Source: Octopus vulgaris
Taxonomy: Eukaryota
DNA length: 64,000 bases
Reading direction: 5' to 3'
NCBI GenBank assembly: GCA_951406725.2
Contig: OX597822.1
Coordinates: 32,798,001 to 32,862,000, forward strand
The notes under the pieces were generated by a model, which was given only the letters and a program-made list of their open reading frames with translations, was not told where the DNA came from and did not search any database. Made by a program: the position numbers and the translations under genes. Of this stretch, positions 27,257-42,782 are shown piece by piece. How positions within the stretch are numbered: position 1 is the stretch's first letter; each line of letters starts with the position of its first letter.

Positions 27257-27994
27257 GTGTCTCCTAAAGACTAAAGATGGGGATGAAATGAGAAGCAGAG
27301 GATTAAAGCTTGGTGTTCAGTATCGCGATTGCACTTTAAGACAATGATGAGTCAATGAAAACATAGCCATTTTGATCAAACCAGGAGGTTGATTACATGA
27401 TTATCTTAAATAATAGCGAAAGCTACTCGAAAAAGTAACCTTTCCTTTTAGAAATGCAGGACAGAGTCGACCATGAAGTCGTCCAAGCGTGGTACCTGGG
27501 AAGAATGGCGATTGCTATGTTTTGCAAGTGACGTGTAATTTCTGCAAAAATATTCCATATAAAAATTTAAAAGAACGATAGGTTAGACAACTTCAATAAA
27601 AAAAGAATATTTTAAATAAGAGTGTTATGTACTTGGATGATTGTACAGCAATAGCTTCTTATTTTCTGATTTTGTTTCCTTCTGTTTTGTCTTATAACAC
27701 CAAACGTAAAATATTCAAATAATCGGGTATTTAAGAGTTTCAGAAAATTAACAAGTTTGGTATTCAATAGATATTTCCTGTTGCTTTGTGTGATTTATTA
27801 TTCTGTCAAAAGTGTTTTAGTGAATAACAACGGTTTTAAGATTTTCAACGTTGTTGCAAAGAAAACAGTATTGATTTTCTAAGAAAAACCATTATATTAA
27901 AAAAATAAAGGCTAATCTCTACATAGACAAAGCATTTCCAGCGAGTTTATTCACTATAGGAACACTTCATAATATTTGGCTACCACACAATATA

Positions 27995-28033
27995 CACACA
28001 CAAACACACGCAAGCATATACATAAATACATAC

Positions 28034-28097
<64 letters not shown>

Positions 28098-28295
28098 GCA
28101 TGTATGTATACGTATGCATGTATATGTATGTATGTATATATATGTATGTATATGTATATATATGTATGTATATATGTATGTATGTATGTATATATATGTA
28201 TGCATATATGTATGTATGTATATATATATATATGTATACATATGTATACATATGTATACATAAGCATATGTATGTGTATATATATATATGTGTGT
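27995..28295. repeat. Compound (TA)n/(TATG)n microsatellite
   Basis: Directly visible. Confidence 0.9.
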
Positions 28296-30915
28296 GTTAG
28301 GTTTATGTGTGATTGGTGATTATATATGCGTGTGTGCTTCAGTTGGTTTCATAATGTATTATTTATCTGCATTGCATTTGACGCTCTTTTGTTGAGAGGA
28401 TATGGTAGATTATTTTATTCTTATTTGTTTGCTGCAAATTCCCCTGGTCTGGAATTAATTTTTGCTGTAAGAACTCAATAAAGGAGACGTTAGTCAGAAA
28501 TCTACATAACAACATTAATTGAGCTGGTATAAGAACTATTTGCTAGCGGATATTTTATTGACGAATATGAACCAGAAAGATCTGCTGAAGCAAATTGAAG
28601 TTTATAATCGAAACTATTACATATATTACCGGATCAGTGTAACAAGGGTCTGTCAGATTCAAATTGGAAATTTATTCCATAAAAGCAGACTAAGTATTCA
28701 ATAACATCTGTTTTAATAATAGATTGACTTCCTTAAAATAACTGTATCATCTAATATTTAAATCAAGAGATTATTAATCAAGAAATAGCCCGTCAGCTTC
28801 TGCTTTCAATGTTATACTTATTTTCTTGTCAAATGTTAATGGATTCTACTGGACGGAATAGGATATCGCTAATGTAAAATTTTGTTCAATTTGCGGATTT
28901 GCACAAGCCCTTTATATTGATCGCCACATACTTATTTCTTCGTCTCTTTTCTGTTGTTAAGCCCCTAATATTTCCAGCTCGATATTTGAGACGTCTTGCA
29001 TCGTCACTCACTCATTCATTGATATTAAAATATATAACATTGGGAACTTAAAGACACAAGGAATATTGATACTACTAATACAATAATAATGACAGAGAAA
29101 CACGATATTAAGGAGCTTAAGCAGAGAAAATCGACGAATGTAGAAATATCTAATAACAATAAGAGGTAATGGTAATCTTATCTATTCTTCAATACCGTTC
29201 TGCATGTGCATTTCCGAGAACACTGAATCACTGCAGCGAGAGATATAATGTAGTTAAAATGCTTTCATATAGCTCGGAACCTATGAATAAATCACTAGCT
29301 GCAATTTAGGCCACGCCTTTTTCTAGTGTGGAATAAAGAAATATGACATCATATAATGTATATCAATGAAGCGGTTACTGAAACCAGTAGATATGCCAGT
29401 AGATAAGTTCTATTTAACACTGAATGACAAATATATAACCACACTTGAAAGACTTTGCAACCTGGCAACCATTATTGGCTTCTTAGACAGTTAGACAGCC
29501 AAATTGTTTCAAATCTACTTCTAAATAACTTGAGAGAATATTTTGCCTTTTCACCATTATGTGCAGGATTTTTCGTCCCTTTAAAACTTCAAATTCCTTC
29601 TCTCCAGATACATTCTAATAATCATTGAAACACCCAACTACATTTAGGAAAGCGGAAACAATGCAGCAATAAATGAAACTTGCTAAGTTTCAGTTAACAT
29701 AAATCTCCATTTACCCTAACGCTAACTGTACCTTAAAAAATTCTCTCATACTCTCGGCGTATTTTATCCTACAAACATTTGCATATATTGTTTTAAATAA
29801 CGTCAAAACATATGGAGATTAATCATGCCCTTAACTGATACATAGATATTTTATACAAGAACAAAGCGATGATATATTGGGGCGTGAGCCCGATAACTGC
29901 AACAAGTATTCGAATAGGTCATCATATAAAATTTTATATCAAATTCCCTTCATATTTATTAATCGACCGGGTCTGTTGCTACCATCTGTTGAAATAATTA
30001 TGAGAACAATTCTTTGAATATTTAACTCTAAGAATTTTATGTATGGTCTGTGGTTCAGCTTGTGGCATGCCTGAAATATTATATTACATTAACTCTGGCC
30101 TAATGTCGTCTAAATAAATCTAAAAGCCAATGTTTCAGCACAAATTTAATTCAAACTGTAATTTAAATTTTCTAATATAGCCTATTGCATAGAAGTTTAA
30201 TTGCGTTCTTATTCCAGTTGTCTTGCCCTCAGATCTTCATAGATGATTTTACTAAACATATAAACGTCTTCGCGATCCATTTGTGTTGCCATAAGTAATG
30301 CAACCCATTTGTGCAAACTCCTATTCAATATTTTCTGTCTCTTTCACGGAAGCTTTAACATGCGACAATGTTCTAATGTTAAGTATTTACATTTTCATCG
30401 TTCTTTAAAGATCGAAATCTCTACTCTCCAATACTTCATTAATATATCTAATGAAGAGACTTTATCAACAATAGAGTGTTGTGCTCTACTTAATAGAGTA
30501 TAATACTAGATTCTAATAGATTATAATACATATCCGAGCTTAAAGTTCAAATCTTGTTGAAGTCAATTTGTCTTTCACCTCATCAGAGGTTAATGAATAA
30601 GAACGATATAAGCTGGAGAACTTGTGAAACTGTTTAAGTTTGGGACACGATGTTTTGCGGTTTCTTCTCCGGACCTTGGGTTCTGACAATAACGACAATG
30701 TTTACACTGATGACAAGCTCTACCAACCGTGAGGTCGGTCGTCACTTCTCTAATGAATAATATCGACAGTGTTAATAGTAGAAAAGTGCATACAAAAACA
30801 ACTGCCTATCTTCCACTGTACATACATGTAACATTACAAACTCAACCCTGATCGACTGAGATCCAAGCGATTTCCTTATTAAATTCCTCTAAATAATGTT
30901 ATATTATTGAATACT

Positions 30916-31301
30916 GGATATGGAAGCACTCCGTCGGTTACGACGACGAGGGTTCCGGTTGATCCGATCAACGGAACAGCCTGCTCGTGAAATTAACATG
31001 CAAGTAGCTGAGCACTCCACAGACACGTGTGCCCTTAACGTAGTTCTCGGGGATATTCAGCGTGACACAGAGAGTGACAAGGCTGGCCCTTTGAAATACA
31101 GGTACAACAGAAACAGGAAGTAAGAGTGAGAGAAAGTTGTGGTGAAAGAGTACAGCAGGGATCACCACCATCCCTGCCGGAGCCTCGTGGAGCTTTAGGT
31201 GTTTTCGCTCAATAAACACTCACAACGCCCGGTCTGGGAATCGAAACCGCGATCCTATGACCGCGAGTCTGCTGCCCTAACCACAGGGCCATTGCGCCTC
31301 C
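30916..31301 (-). mobile_element. Chimeric SINE (family C head plus family D tail), 11-bp TSD
   Basis: TSD TATTGAATACT at 30905 and 31302; tail shared with the 38678 and 52021 copies. Confidence 0.9.
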
Positions 31302-31997
31302 TATTGAATACTACTAGTACACCAAAGACATAGATTCTTTATCGATCTTTTGAAAATTACCTTCTATGGTTAAATCAGAAAAATATTAATTATCGTATCT
31401 ATAAACAATACGCTGCCATAAATGTCTCTTACTTGAACCGATGTATTGCCTAATACATCTTAAACTCAGATATATCATATCGAATTTCCATTTTATATGC
31501 TATCCTTGTAACTTGCTGCATCTACGTTTAACTCAAAATATTTAATGTCATAATGTCAATCATATGATATACTCCTTTGTTCTAATTTCGTCTGCTTGAA
31601 TTACTTGCAAAAGCCATGATAATGAAATCTAAATCCTACAATGAATTTTATTCTTTACAAAATTCATTTTCAAAACAATATCCGTTGCTGCTTATTGATG
31701 ACAAAACTTATCTCATATTTACAAAAATCAATAATGCATGCTACTTTTCATAGGTAATGTATTCAGTTTATATATTCACTCAAATGTCTACTTACATGAT
31801 AATTTGCTTTGTTGAATACAAAATTCGAGATAATTTGCTCATATACGAAATATTTTTTATCCAGTCAATGTTTGAATATATAAATACAAAATTTTAATGT
31901 TTTCTATGGAAAACTTTCCAAATTATTTTGCTTATAGGTAAACTATATGTGATTGGAAATGGTTTCGAAATGGTTTATAAAGTAAGTTTGATATCTA

Positions 31998-32145
31998 TCT
32001 TTTATCTTTTACTTGTTTCAGTCATTTGACTGCGGCCATGCTGGAGCACCGCCTTTAGTCGAGCAGATCGACCCCGGGACTTATTCTTTGTAAGCCCAGC
32101 ACTTATTCTATCGGTCTCTTTTGCCGAACAGCTAAGTGACGGTTA
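31998..32145 (-). mobile_element. SINE family A 3' fragment
   Basis: Reverse complement of the tail. Confidence 0.8.
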
Positions 32146-33042
32146 CATGTTAATATAAGTTTGATAAATGGTGGAGTTGAGGTGTTGTGCCTTTCAACAA
32201 ATTCACTGAAATTGGAACTCTACTATAGAGTCACACAGTTATCATTAGTTTATATCGTTCAAAAATGCTTCTTAATTCCCAACCAGGGTAATAGGTCTTC
32301 ATCCAAATGAAGGCATGGCATTTGATATTTTATTTTAGAATAAGCATTACCATAATAAAAAATAACATTCTTATACTCACTCGTGGGTGAAGCTAAGAAA
32401 GAAAATTGACGTTACGAGATCCATGCATTTTTGTGTGCTATGAATCTTGAGAGTGACATGAATTTGCTGGTGCAGCGTATCCATATTTGATTGTGCAATT
32501 AGTTTGCCAAAAGCTTACTTCGGCCTATTAACTACATTATATAGTTGAGAAATGACCTTATTCTTTATGATGCAGTGTTCTTTGCTCGACTTTTGGAGAA
32601 AATTATTAGATTTATTAATACGCATTTCTCAATATATTATTCAAAAGCACGTTTTCACTGAAATGTTTCGTCAGTTATATCTAACGAAAGCGCAAAAAAA
32701 AAAAGAACGTTTTAAATGTATCGCTTTCCGATTCAGAAATTGTATTTAGCAGTTACGAGTCAATTTTCCCTACAGAGTAATATGAAAGATTACGTGCTGT
32801 GAAGCATACTTCGTTTCTATCCTTTTGAATTTAATGCTTTTGCAGAACCAGGAAGCGATATAACTACATAAAGTAAACAGTCTTTGCAAAATGCCAGTTC
32901 AAGGTTCGGATTTGTATGAAGGAAGGAAATACTTTTATTGCCTACTTTAAACAAAATGAAACGATTTGCCATAAGCCAGTTTATTAGGGATAAATCCAGA
33001 CAATAATATTTGAGTAAAAGAATATTTTTGTACCATATAGCA

Positions 33043-33080
<38 letters not shown>

Positions 33081-35838
33081 AATATACGAAAAATGTAATA
33101 ATTTTTGATATGATCTCAATATTTAAGAATCATTACGAAGTACCCATCATACAATAATTAGTATTACACACTTATTTTCGTCTTCTTACTTATTAATTAC
33201 TTATTTATCGATTAATATATTTAATAGAGCTAATACTCATTGAAATAAAAGCAATATATACTCTTCTCCTCACCAATCCCTTTCTTTCTTTCTCCCCATT
33301 CTAGTATATATATCTTTACCTTTCCAAATATAATATTTGGCCTGTTACATTTTTATCTATCTATAATCTAAAGAGGGAAATGAATTATTATGCAAATCAT
33401 AGCTACGCTCCAGTGATATATCAGTACGAGCAGAACTTACGTTTTGCAGACGATTATTTGAGCTATTCATGTGTGTGTGGGGGGGGGGAATCCTCGTTTC
33501 TCTCGCTACCTTGCAGACGTACAGGCACTCATCTCATTAAAATCGCACTTGTCGATTTTCCGAAAGAAAGCTAGTGTGTAATTCGATATATTTATAGAAA
33601 CAGTAGTACTCTGTAACATATCGTTAACGTTGCATATTTTGCTGTTTTAGTTGCCAATTTCAGTAGCTGAAATATATGCCTTTTATTATGTTGAGAAGCT
33701 CAATTGATATCTGTCAATGGGTAACATTAGTGAATATTTCCTTTAGAAATCGATTTTTTCAACAGAAAAAAGTTCGTATCTATACATTTATTTAAAAATT
33801 TTTATCACTAAAATTCGCTTTAGAATTGCTGGGATTGATTTTAGACCGATCGTTTTTCCTTTTCTTTTATTTTTTTGCTTTATTTTAATCATAAGAAATG
33901 TTACCTCATGTAAAGAGCGTTTAGCAATATTCAATTCAGTCTTCTATTTCATTTTGTAATCCTGATTTATTTTGATGAGGTACAAAATCAGTTTACATTA
34001 GAATATCGAAAATTGCTTTTTCCTTTCCTGAATCCCCAAGTAAAGGAAATAAGAGACAGCCAGGGAAAGATCTAGCGGTGGAACAGTGAATAAATAAAAA
34101 AGATGGTAAAACCTTTAAGTATATATTTACTGAATTCAAAGGGAATTTATTGCTATTAAGATGGTAATCATTCCTATCGAAAATTATATTATTTTACACC
34201 ATTTTTCCCTATATCAGGGATATAAGGATATATTACGTTATACTGTACCGTTCTCCATTACGCCCCTATTATATTTGAGCTTTAAACATATTTAGAATAA
34301 TCTTAACAAATGGGAAACGAATACATATGGCGTTGAAAGAACGTTACTTTTCTACGGATAAGTGTAGTTTTGTTATTCGTTAAGGCAGCGTCAACGTAAC
34401 GAACGTTGCGTCCTTATCCATCATTGACAGTTTCTTATCCTTGTATATATTTATGAAAGCATCTTCATCATTTCCTATGGAAAATTAAATACTAACAATA
34501 ATAATTATTTCAAATATTGGCACAAAAATAGCAGTTTGAGGCGTTGGTAGTCAATTACGTAGAAATCCAGTATTTGACTGGTGTCTTGGAAGATATTTTC
34601 GAGTTTTCGATCTATCTTCGTTTTTACGCTATATATAGTACCAAACCGGCTATCTACCACAAATCCCTGCTGCAGTTTATTGACGAAATGGCTATTGATA
34701 TTACAATATGCATTAGCGTAAGATAACTAATTTCAATCAACATATCTTTTGCACTTTACATACTAAATATGTATGAAGAAAACATAACAGTTAAATGTCA
34801 CATACTATTTTTCGTACATGATTTAAGGATTGCAATTTCATACAAAATATATTCTCTTGTTTTTAGACTTCGATTTAACGTTCACTTTGCAAAACATGAG
34901 CGAAATTACTAACATATTTCTTGTAAGAATTACAATTGTAATCTTTCTTTTATTTTACCTTTGCAGCCTTAACTTTTTTATTCTTTTCATGTATTCATGT
35001 CCCGATATTCACTCAGGACATGCGAAACTTCATAATTTGAGAAATTTTAAAATATCAAGATCGTTACATTCCATTATTTCAGTAATTAATAAAGCATGGA
35101 CATGATACACATATCAGTGGAGCTTTAGACGTGTAGGAAAGCTCATGTTTTTATAATATTTTCCATGAATTCAGCAGTAATTCTTTTCAAATTCAGTTGG
35201 TTAATTCAAAATTCATCTTTACTTAGGATCTCGACATAATTTCAGAATTATAACTGATCAAAATCGACTGCAGTCATTATTATCGCAAAATATTTTTAAA
35301 TTATTAGCTCATGAGTGGCTGCTACTTGATAATGAAACGAAATCCAATTGAAAAATACTTAAACAACAGCTCACTCATTGAGCTAGTACCCCAGTAATAC
35401 TGGTTTCAAATTTTGGTGCAAGGCAGCAATTTCGAGGAAGGAGCTAGTCAATTACATTGACCTCAGTATTCAACTGGTATGTTTTTTTTTATCAATATCG
35501 AAGGATGAAAGGCAAGGTCAACCTCGGTGACATTTGACCCGGCGTGCAAACGATTCTCGCAGTTCGCCGCCTTAAGAGACTAAGCAATATTAACGTAAAG
35601 TAATACTTGCTTTAATATCAATGCATCAATATATATCTTGAGATGGGTATACACAAAACACACGTGCACACACGCACACATACGCGCGCACACACACGCA
35701 CATATATATATATATTATATTAAGTTAGTTTTATCTCTAATTTAATATAATATAATATAATATATTTATACTATAAAATTGGATTTAATCCTAAATCTCA
35801 TTTTTCCATGTAAGTTTGGATTTATTCCCTAATATTAT

Positions 35839-36210
<372 letters not shown>

Positions 36211-37089
36211 TATATCCGCTGCATCGGAAATCTGCAATGGCTCTATAACCAATGCTTCTAACACCCTAATCAAATTTAGTTACAATTATAATTCTCCTTT
36301 TTTGGTGAAACATTTCAAACTGCTGTTTATATTATTTTATGTGTGTGTATGTGTGTAAGCGTGTAAGTGTATTTGTGTGCATGCGTGTGTGTGCCCCAGG
36401 TTTTCTCCACATTCATACCAGCACGATCTAGTTGCCCGGGTGAACATTTTTGCAGTCACGTGCGCGTGATATTAATCTTTATATGAATACTAGCCTCAGC
36501 AAGACACGTCTTGAAAATGTTGAACTGTAACTGCTTGAGTGAAGGTGATCTCTATGTTCTTGTAAATTTGATGCAACTTCAATAACGGAGCATGCAACTC
36601 GTTTGTGTGAAATTGTTTCAAACTAACAAAAATATTTACTGAGATTTTTTCAGAGGCTGCTTAATCGTGCAAAAGCTGATGAAGGATTCTAAAACGTTTT
36701 ATAGAAATGCTAAGACGGGGGTGTTTCTATAAATGATGTGGATTGCCATTTTCAATTGGGAGAAGGTTATCTTTGGGAAACTTGGCGCAGAACCAAAAAA
36801 TTAATATACATTTTTACTTTAATATTTTAAAGTTTCCTAGAAGTGGTGAGCAAGAAAACGCCTGAGGATTAGATAAAAATTGGAAGCCACGACAAAAACT
36901 TTTATGCTCGTGCATCCTTCTTACGAGTAACATTTCTAGGAAAGCAGAAGAAGTCATTTTCGATAAAATTGGACCGAGGGTGTATTTTCATTTTCGACAT
37001 TGAAATCTGACTTGAAAGCATGATTTCACATTACAGAAAAAAAAATCGAAAAATTTCGGGTAAGACCTGCCCACTCTCATGAATAATCA

Positions 37090-37461
37090 TTTCTACTAGG
37101 CTTCAAATTTGGAGGAGGGAGATAGTCGATTACATCAACCTCAGTACTCAGCTGGTACTTATTTTATCGACTCCGAAAATATGGAAAGCAAAGTCGACCA
37201 CAGTGAACTTGAACTCAGAACGTAACAGCAGACGAAATACCTATTACAAGAGGGTAAACACAGAGAGGACAAACAAGGACAGACAAACGGATTAAGTCGA
37301 TTATATCGACCCCAGTGCGTAACTGGTACTTATTTAATCCACCCCGAAAGGATGAAAGGCAAAGTCGACCTCGGCGGAATTTGAACTCAGAGCGTAGCGG
37401 CGGGCGAAATACTGCTAAGCAATTCGTACGGCGCGCTAACGTTTCTGCCAACCCGCTACCT
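37090..37461 (-). mobile_element. Two SINE family B copies
   Basis: Reverse complement of family B. Confidence 0.8.
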
Positions 37462-38204
37462 TATACCATACTGAATAATAGTTTCAGAATTCGTTTTCGA
37501 ATGGAGAAGAACATATTTTCAACGATAAAGTGTTGAATAAAATGTGAATAAAAGAAAGAATTTACTTGCACATAAAAACGAATTCATAAAAGAACATAAA
37601 TATGCAGATAGAAATAAAATTCCATCTATAGAATTTTTAGGATCAAAATTTGTCTGTGTATGTGTCTATTTTTGCGAATAGTTAATGCGCACGCATACAC
37701 ACACACATATACATATGCATGGGAATATACCTGCGTATACATATATATACATACATACAAACATATATATATATATATATATATATATCAGTAATATTAA
37801 ATTGCCAACTTTTTTTTTGTACGTACCTTTGGCGTATATCACACTAACTTCAAAGGAAGAAGTGATTGGCAAAGAGGGAGAGAGAATGACATAGAAGAAG
37901 TGAGAGAGACAGTGAGTGGTGACATCGTTCCTTTTGTTTTTAAATGTTTATCGCATCGCAAGAAAAGTAGATACATAGATGAAAAGAAAATGTGATACCT
38001 ATATACATATACTGTTGAATTAAAATAGAGAGAGATGAGGGACACAGAAGAAGTGAGAGAGAGAAAGAGAGAATGTGAGAGAAACAGTAGATACATAAAT
38101 AGAAAGAAAATTTGATTTATAGATACGCAGACACATTGTTAAATCACAGACAACTAACTACAGGAAATATTGGATGTCACTTTCACAGTTCATTACCACA
38201 CGCA

Positions 38205-38997
38205 GATGAAATTAACTCGCAAGTGACTAGGTATTCCAGAGACGTGCATAACATTAACGTAGTTCTCAGGGAGATTCAGCCTCACACAGAATATGACAAG
38301 GCTGGCCACTTTGAATTACAACTACAACTCATTTTGGCCAGCTGAGTGGACTGGAACAAGATAAACCTTCAAGTGTTTGGAAGAAAACGAAAACAGATCC
38401 TATTTAGGGGCAGGAATATCTTTTTAGTCATTAAGGTTACTATGGGTGTTAATCCGGTTCTACCAGCGGCTTTTGTGGGAGTCACAGATTTGGAGACCAA
38501 TGTTCCTGGTAAACACCGATGCGCAGTCTGTTGTTAAACTGAGCGTGAGTCGAGGGCGAATACACAACGGTGCAACAAATTATTTCGTCTTAGCTTTCAC
38601 TGCTTATACTAAATACATAACATTTTTGCCTCACGATAAAGAGAATTTTCTTTTCTTTCCCTCTTTTTGAAAAAAGGCACTCTTTCAGTTACGAAGACGC
38701 GGTTCCTGTTTATCTGATCAACGGAAGAGTTTGCTCGTAAAATTAACGTGCAAGTGGCTGAGTGCTCCACAGACATGCATAGCATAAGGTAGTTCTCAGG
38801 GAGATTCAGTCTCACACAGAATATGACAAAGCTGCTCCGTTTGAATTACAGCTACATCTCATTTTTGCAAGCTGAGTGGACTGTAGCAAGGTAAAGTAGA
38901 GTACCTTGCTCAAGAACGCAGAGCGTCGGAGGGAATCGTACTCATGACTTTACGATCGTGGGCCGAATACCTCCAACAACTGAGCTACACATCTTCA
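38205..38997 (-). mobile_element. SINE family D fragments (38205-38362 and 38678-38997)
   Basis: Shared GTAGTTCTCAGGGAGATTCAG..GCTGAGTGGACT; tRNA-like head remnant at 38930-38997. Confidence 0.7.
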
Positions 38998-39423
38998 CTC
39001 TCTTCACCGTAGAGAAAAGGAGTGAAGCGATAGAAACAGAGAAAGGAATGTATCAGTCATTTACATGACTGAAATACAATCGAGCTCTTCTAGCTTTTAA
39101 CAATGAAGAAGAGAGAAAGATATTTAGTAATGAATTGAGGGAAAGTCCGCCAGCTTTTTATCTATCCTCCTACTACCAATATGGCCCACGACCTTTCCTA
39201 GTTCCCTCTAAAACTTCCCATTTCGCTCAACCGCGCAATACCTCATTATGGATCAATATTTCTTTTTGAGTGAGTCTGTTCCTACTCGGAGTTTCACCAT
39301 TGAATCCCATACAATCTACAGAAAATTGTTATAACCTAATCCTTACTTAACTTGACAATACTGTGTATCCACAGGCGAAACTCCGATTACAAAGAAACTC
39401 ACTCTTTGTACTCGGAGTAGAGA

Positions 39424-39620
39424 GTTCAGTTCTATATTTAAGAGATGAGGAATTATGTACATTATTTACATTATTTACATCTGACAGATATTTATTCTCA
39501 TCTTGTTTGTTGTTAGCACAACGTTTCGGCTGATATACCCTCCGGCCTTCTTCAGGTGTCTTTGGGAAATTTCGAACGTGGGTTCTCATTCCTAAAGTAT
39601 TTTTCGATGTTGTTATTGTA

Positions 39621-39660
<40 letters not shown>

Positions 39661-39726
39661 TCACTGCCTGGAATCGAACTCGGAATCTTGGAGTTAGTAG
39701 CTCGCGCTCTTAACCACCAAGCCATA
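39424..39726 (-). mobile_element. tRNA-headed SINE-like element with an HHR-containing tail
   Basis: A box TGGCTTGGTGG, anticodon-like stem GAG-CTACTAA-CTC, B box GTTCGATTC, (AAT)n, then HHR. Confidence 0.75.
39517..39558 (-). ncRNA. Minimal type I hammerhead ribozyme
   Basis: CAC-CTGAAGA-A-GGC..GCC-GAAA-CG-TT/GTG; stem III reduced to the palindrome ACGT. Confidence 0.65.
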
Positions 39727-40385
39727 TAACCGTAGAGAATTGTAGAGAAAGAGACGAATATAATTAAAAGGAAAAGAAAGAAATCAGGTATATTATATGA
39801 TTTAGTATTAGCTACGAGCACGTGCTGCATCATCTAGTGGATAGCTTGCATAAGTATGTAGGGACATCAAAGAAATTAACTTCAGTCGAGAATTTATAGG
39901 TTACGTAATGAGAATAAATCAGAATAATCAATGGGCGTATTCGTGGCCGTTGATGTATACAATGGTCGATTCCATAATACAGTATTTAATTTTGTACTTT
40001 GAGATGCTTTCATCTTTTAAACACCAGCCGTATTTGGGAAGTGTTATTGTTATTCCTTTACTAAACATCTGCCTACGTTGAATTCGTCTAGAATTTAATG
40101 AGATTCTGGTAAAGCCTATAGCACACTTTCTCTCATCGTTGTTAACATTAGAGGAACATGGTGCAGTAATCAACACTAATCTGAATGCATTTACCATATT
40201 GAATGCAAGTAGCCCTGCTACATCATTTGCACTGAAATAAGGAATCATGTAGAGAGGAGAGAACTAATAATTCCTATGCTAATTAATTGAAGAATTAGCA
40301 ACTTAATTTGGAGTTGTATTTGTTAAATTTTTTTATACAGCTTATGGTTACTATGAAAGTGTGTATTCACTAGATTTATAAAGGA

Positions 40386-40755
40386 CTAGCAGTATCGCCC
40401 GGCGTTGCTCGGGTTTGTAAGGGAAATAACTATAAAGCATTTTTAGAGAGTTATAGCCAAAAAATGGAAAAAAAATGATGGTAAATTTTTTTTGTTAAAA
40501 AGGTCGAGTTGCGTCCCCTAGACTGTCTGTGGTTTGTGTTTCTGATTCTCGACCCCATGTCGAATTTATCGATTTTTTTTCAGAACTGGGGGAACTTTTC
40601 AAAATTTTCGCTGCGTTAGTTTTGAATTATGACATTGGGCTATGTGTGTGTCAAGTTTCATCAGAATCGGTTGAAAGCCGTGGTCAGGGTGAGGGTACAA
40701 CCTAACAGACACACAGAAACACACACAGACAAACTGCCGTTTATATAGAGAGAGA
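40386..40755 (-). mobile_element. Non-autonomous Helitron
   Basis: 5' TC, 3' hairpin CCCGAGCAACGCCGGG then CTAG, inserted between A and T. Confidence 0.85.
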
Positions 40756-40974
40756 TATGGGACGTTATGTCACATTCAAACTGAAAGAGATGTTATGGCA
40801 TATAGCTTGCCTATTCTGGATATATTCTTCAGTAGATTATTTATGTGGAGGTGTGTATTCGATCCTGTCTTTGAAGCCACCTCTGTTCAAAGCTAATTAT
40901 GAAATACAGGAGCGCCGTAAAATAGCTACCCGCACGATGACATTTTAGAAATTCTTTTACTAATGAATCTCATT

Positions 40975-41164
40975 TACTCTTTTAGTCTTTTACTTATTTC
41001 AGCCATTTAACTGCGGCCATGCTAGAGCACCGCCTTTAGTCGAGCAAATCGACCCCAGGACTTATTCTTTGTAAGTACTTATTCTATCTGTCTCTTTTGC
41101 CGAACCGCGAAGTTACAGGAACGTAAACACACCAGCATCGGTTGTCAAGTGATGCATGCATATG

Positions 41165-41206
<42 letters not shown>

Positions 41207-41373
41207 TACGACGGGCTTCTCTCAGTTTCCGTCTACCAAATCCACTCACAAGGCTTTGGTCGACCCGAGGCTTTAGTAGAAGGCACCTGCCCAAGGTGTC
41301 ACGCAGTGGGACTGAAACGGGAACCATGTGGTTGGTTAGTAAGCTTCTTACCACACAGCCACACCTGCGCCTG
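40975..41373 (-). mobile_element. SINE family A, full length
   Basis: Reverse complement of family A. Confidence 0.85.
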
Positions 41374-42249
41374 TAAGTTTTCGAAAGTATTAGGCGGGTA
41401 GAAGAGTCTTTGAAAATATAAAGCATAATTTCATTTGACTTTTTATTAGGGCTCAATGTACCTAAAATTAGATGGAAAGTAGCGTCTAAAAGTTTGATTC
41501 AGCTTCTATTAGTATTCGCTATAAAACTCATCGTTGTAACGCTATGAATTAATTTCTACATCTGCATAAATTATAACCATGATATTGCGAGTCAACATTA
41601 GTTTCAAATCTTCGCATAAGGTTAGCATTTTCGCACAAGGAAATGTATGGAAGTCAAAACTACAAATAATAATTGGATGCCTACTCAGATATACAAAACA
41701 ACATGAATTTGGTTTATACCTTTTAAAACAATGTGGCGAGATTTGGCGGCTAAATTATTTTAATCATGATTCTCGGTAAGATTTTCAAAATATTTGGTAA
41801 GTGGTACAGTTTTTGAGAAGGTAAGGGATAATTCATTTGTCTTTATTTTTTAATCGTTGTTAGTATGACAGATTTAGAAGAGCATCTTGTTATCACTACT
41901 GGACCGTCACAAAAATTGATTTCCTAGTTAATTTTTCTCCCTTATTAATACTACAGTGGTTGCTTTTCGTGTAAGATTTTGAAATGTTTGTACGCTTGTA
42001 TATATGTATACTTTCACTTAACACTTGTTCGTTTACATCGTGTGTAAAACGAAAAACTATTTGGTGTGTCGCCTTAATTTGAAGTTAGTTTTGTCAGTGT
42101 GATGAAAATATTAGAGTTTGATCCATACCATCATATAGATGATCCGTATTCTACTCTTAATTGTAACATTAATCTTTAAAATGGAAGCAACATAAACACA
42201 CACACACACACACACATACACACACACACATATATATAAGAAATCGAAA

Positions 42250-42693
42250 TTAAATTCGATGACTGGCATCCGTGCTAGTGGAGCGTGATCGTTGCCAGAG
42301 CAGCTAACTGGCTTCCGTGCCGTTGGGACGTAAGAAGCACCATTCGAGCGTGATCATTACCAGCGTCACCTTACTGGCACCTGTGCCGGTGGCTCGTGAA
42401 AAAACATTCGAATTAGGTCATTCCCAGTGCCGCTGGACTGGCTCCTGTGCAGGTGGAACGTAAAAACCACCATTTGAGCGTGGCCGTTGCCAGTACCACC
42501 CGAATGGCCCTCGTGCCGGTGACACATAAAAGCACCCACTACATTCTCGGAGTGGTTGGCGTTAGGAAGGACATCCAGCTGTAGAAGCTCTGCCAGATCA
42601 GATTGGAGCATGGTGCAGCCATCTGGTTCGCCAGTCCTCGGTCAAATTGTCCAGCCCATGATAGCATGGAAAGCGGACATTAAACGATGATGA
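42250..42693 (+). mobile_element. Non-autonomous retroelement with RTE-like 3' end and internal tandem repeats
   Basis: GGTTGGCGTTAGGAAGGACATCCAGCTGTA motif, (GAT)n tail, repeated CATTCGAGCGTGATC-type units. Confidence 0.65.
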
Positions 42694-42720
42694 TATATAT
42701 ATATATGCATGTACGTATGC

Positions 42721-42782
<62 letters not shown>

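Noticed and set aside
36673-36703. CTGATGAAGGATTCTAAAACGTT
   Set aside because: G12 missing, stem I weak, no PLE context
39661-39724. Possible genuine tRNA gene
   Set aside because: Acceptor stem incomplete and fused to a repeat tail; treated as a SINE head
39928-40248. 106-aa ORF with vaguely RT-like words
   Set aside because: Motif order does not fit RT; no supportable identity
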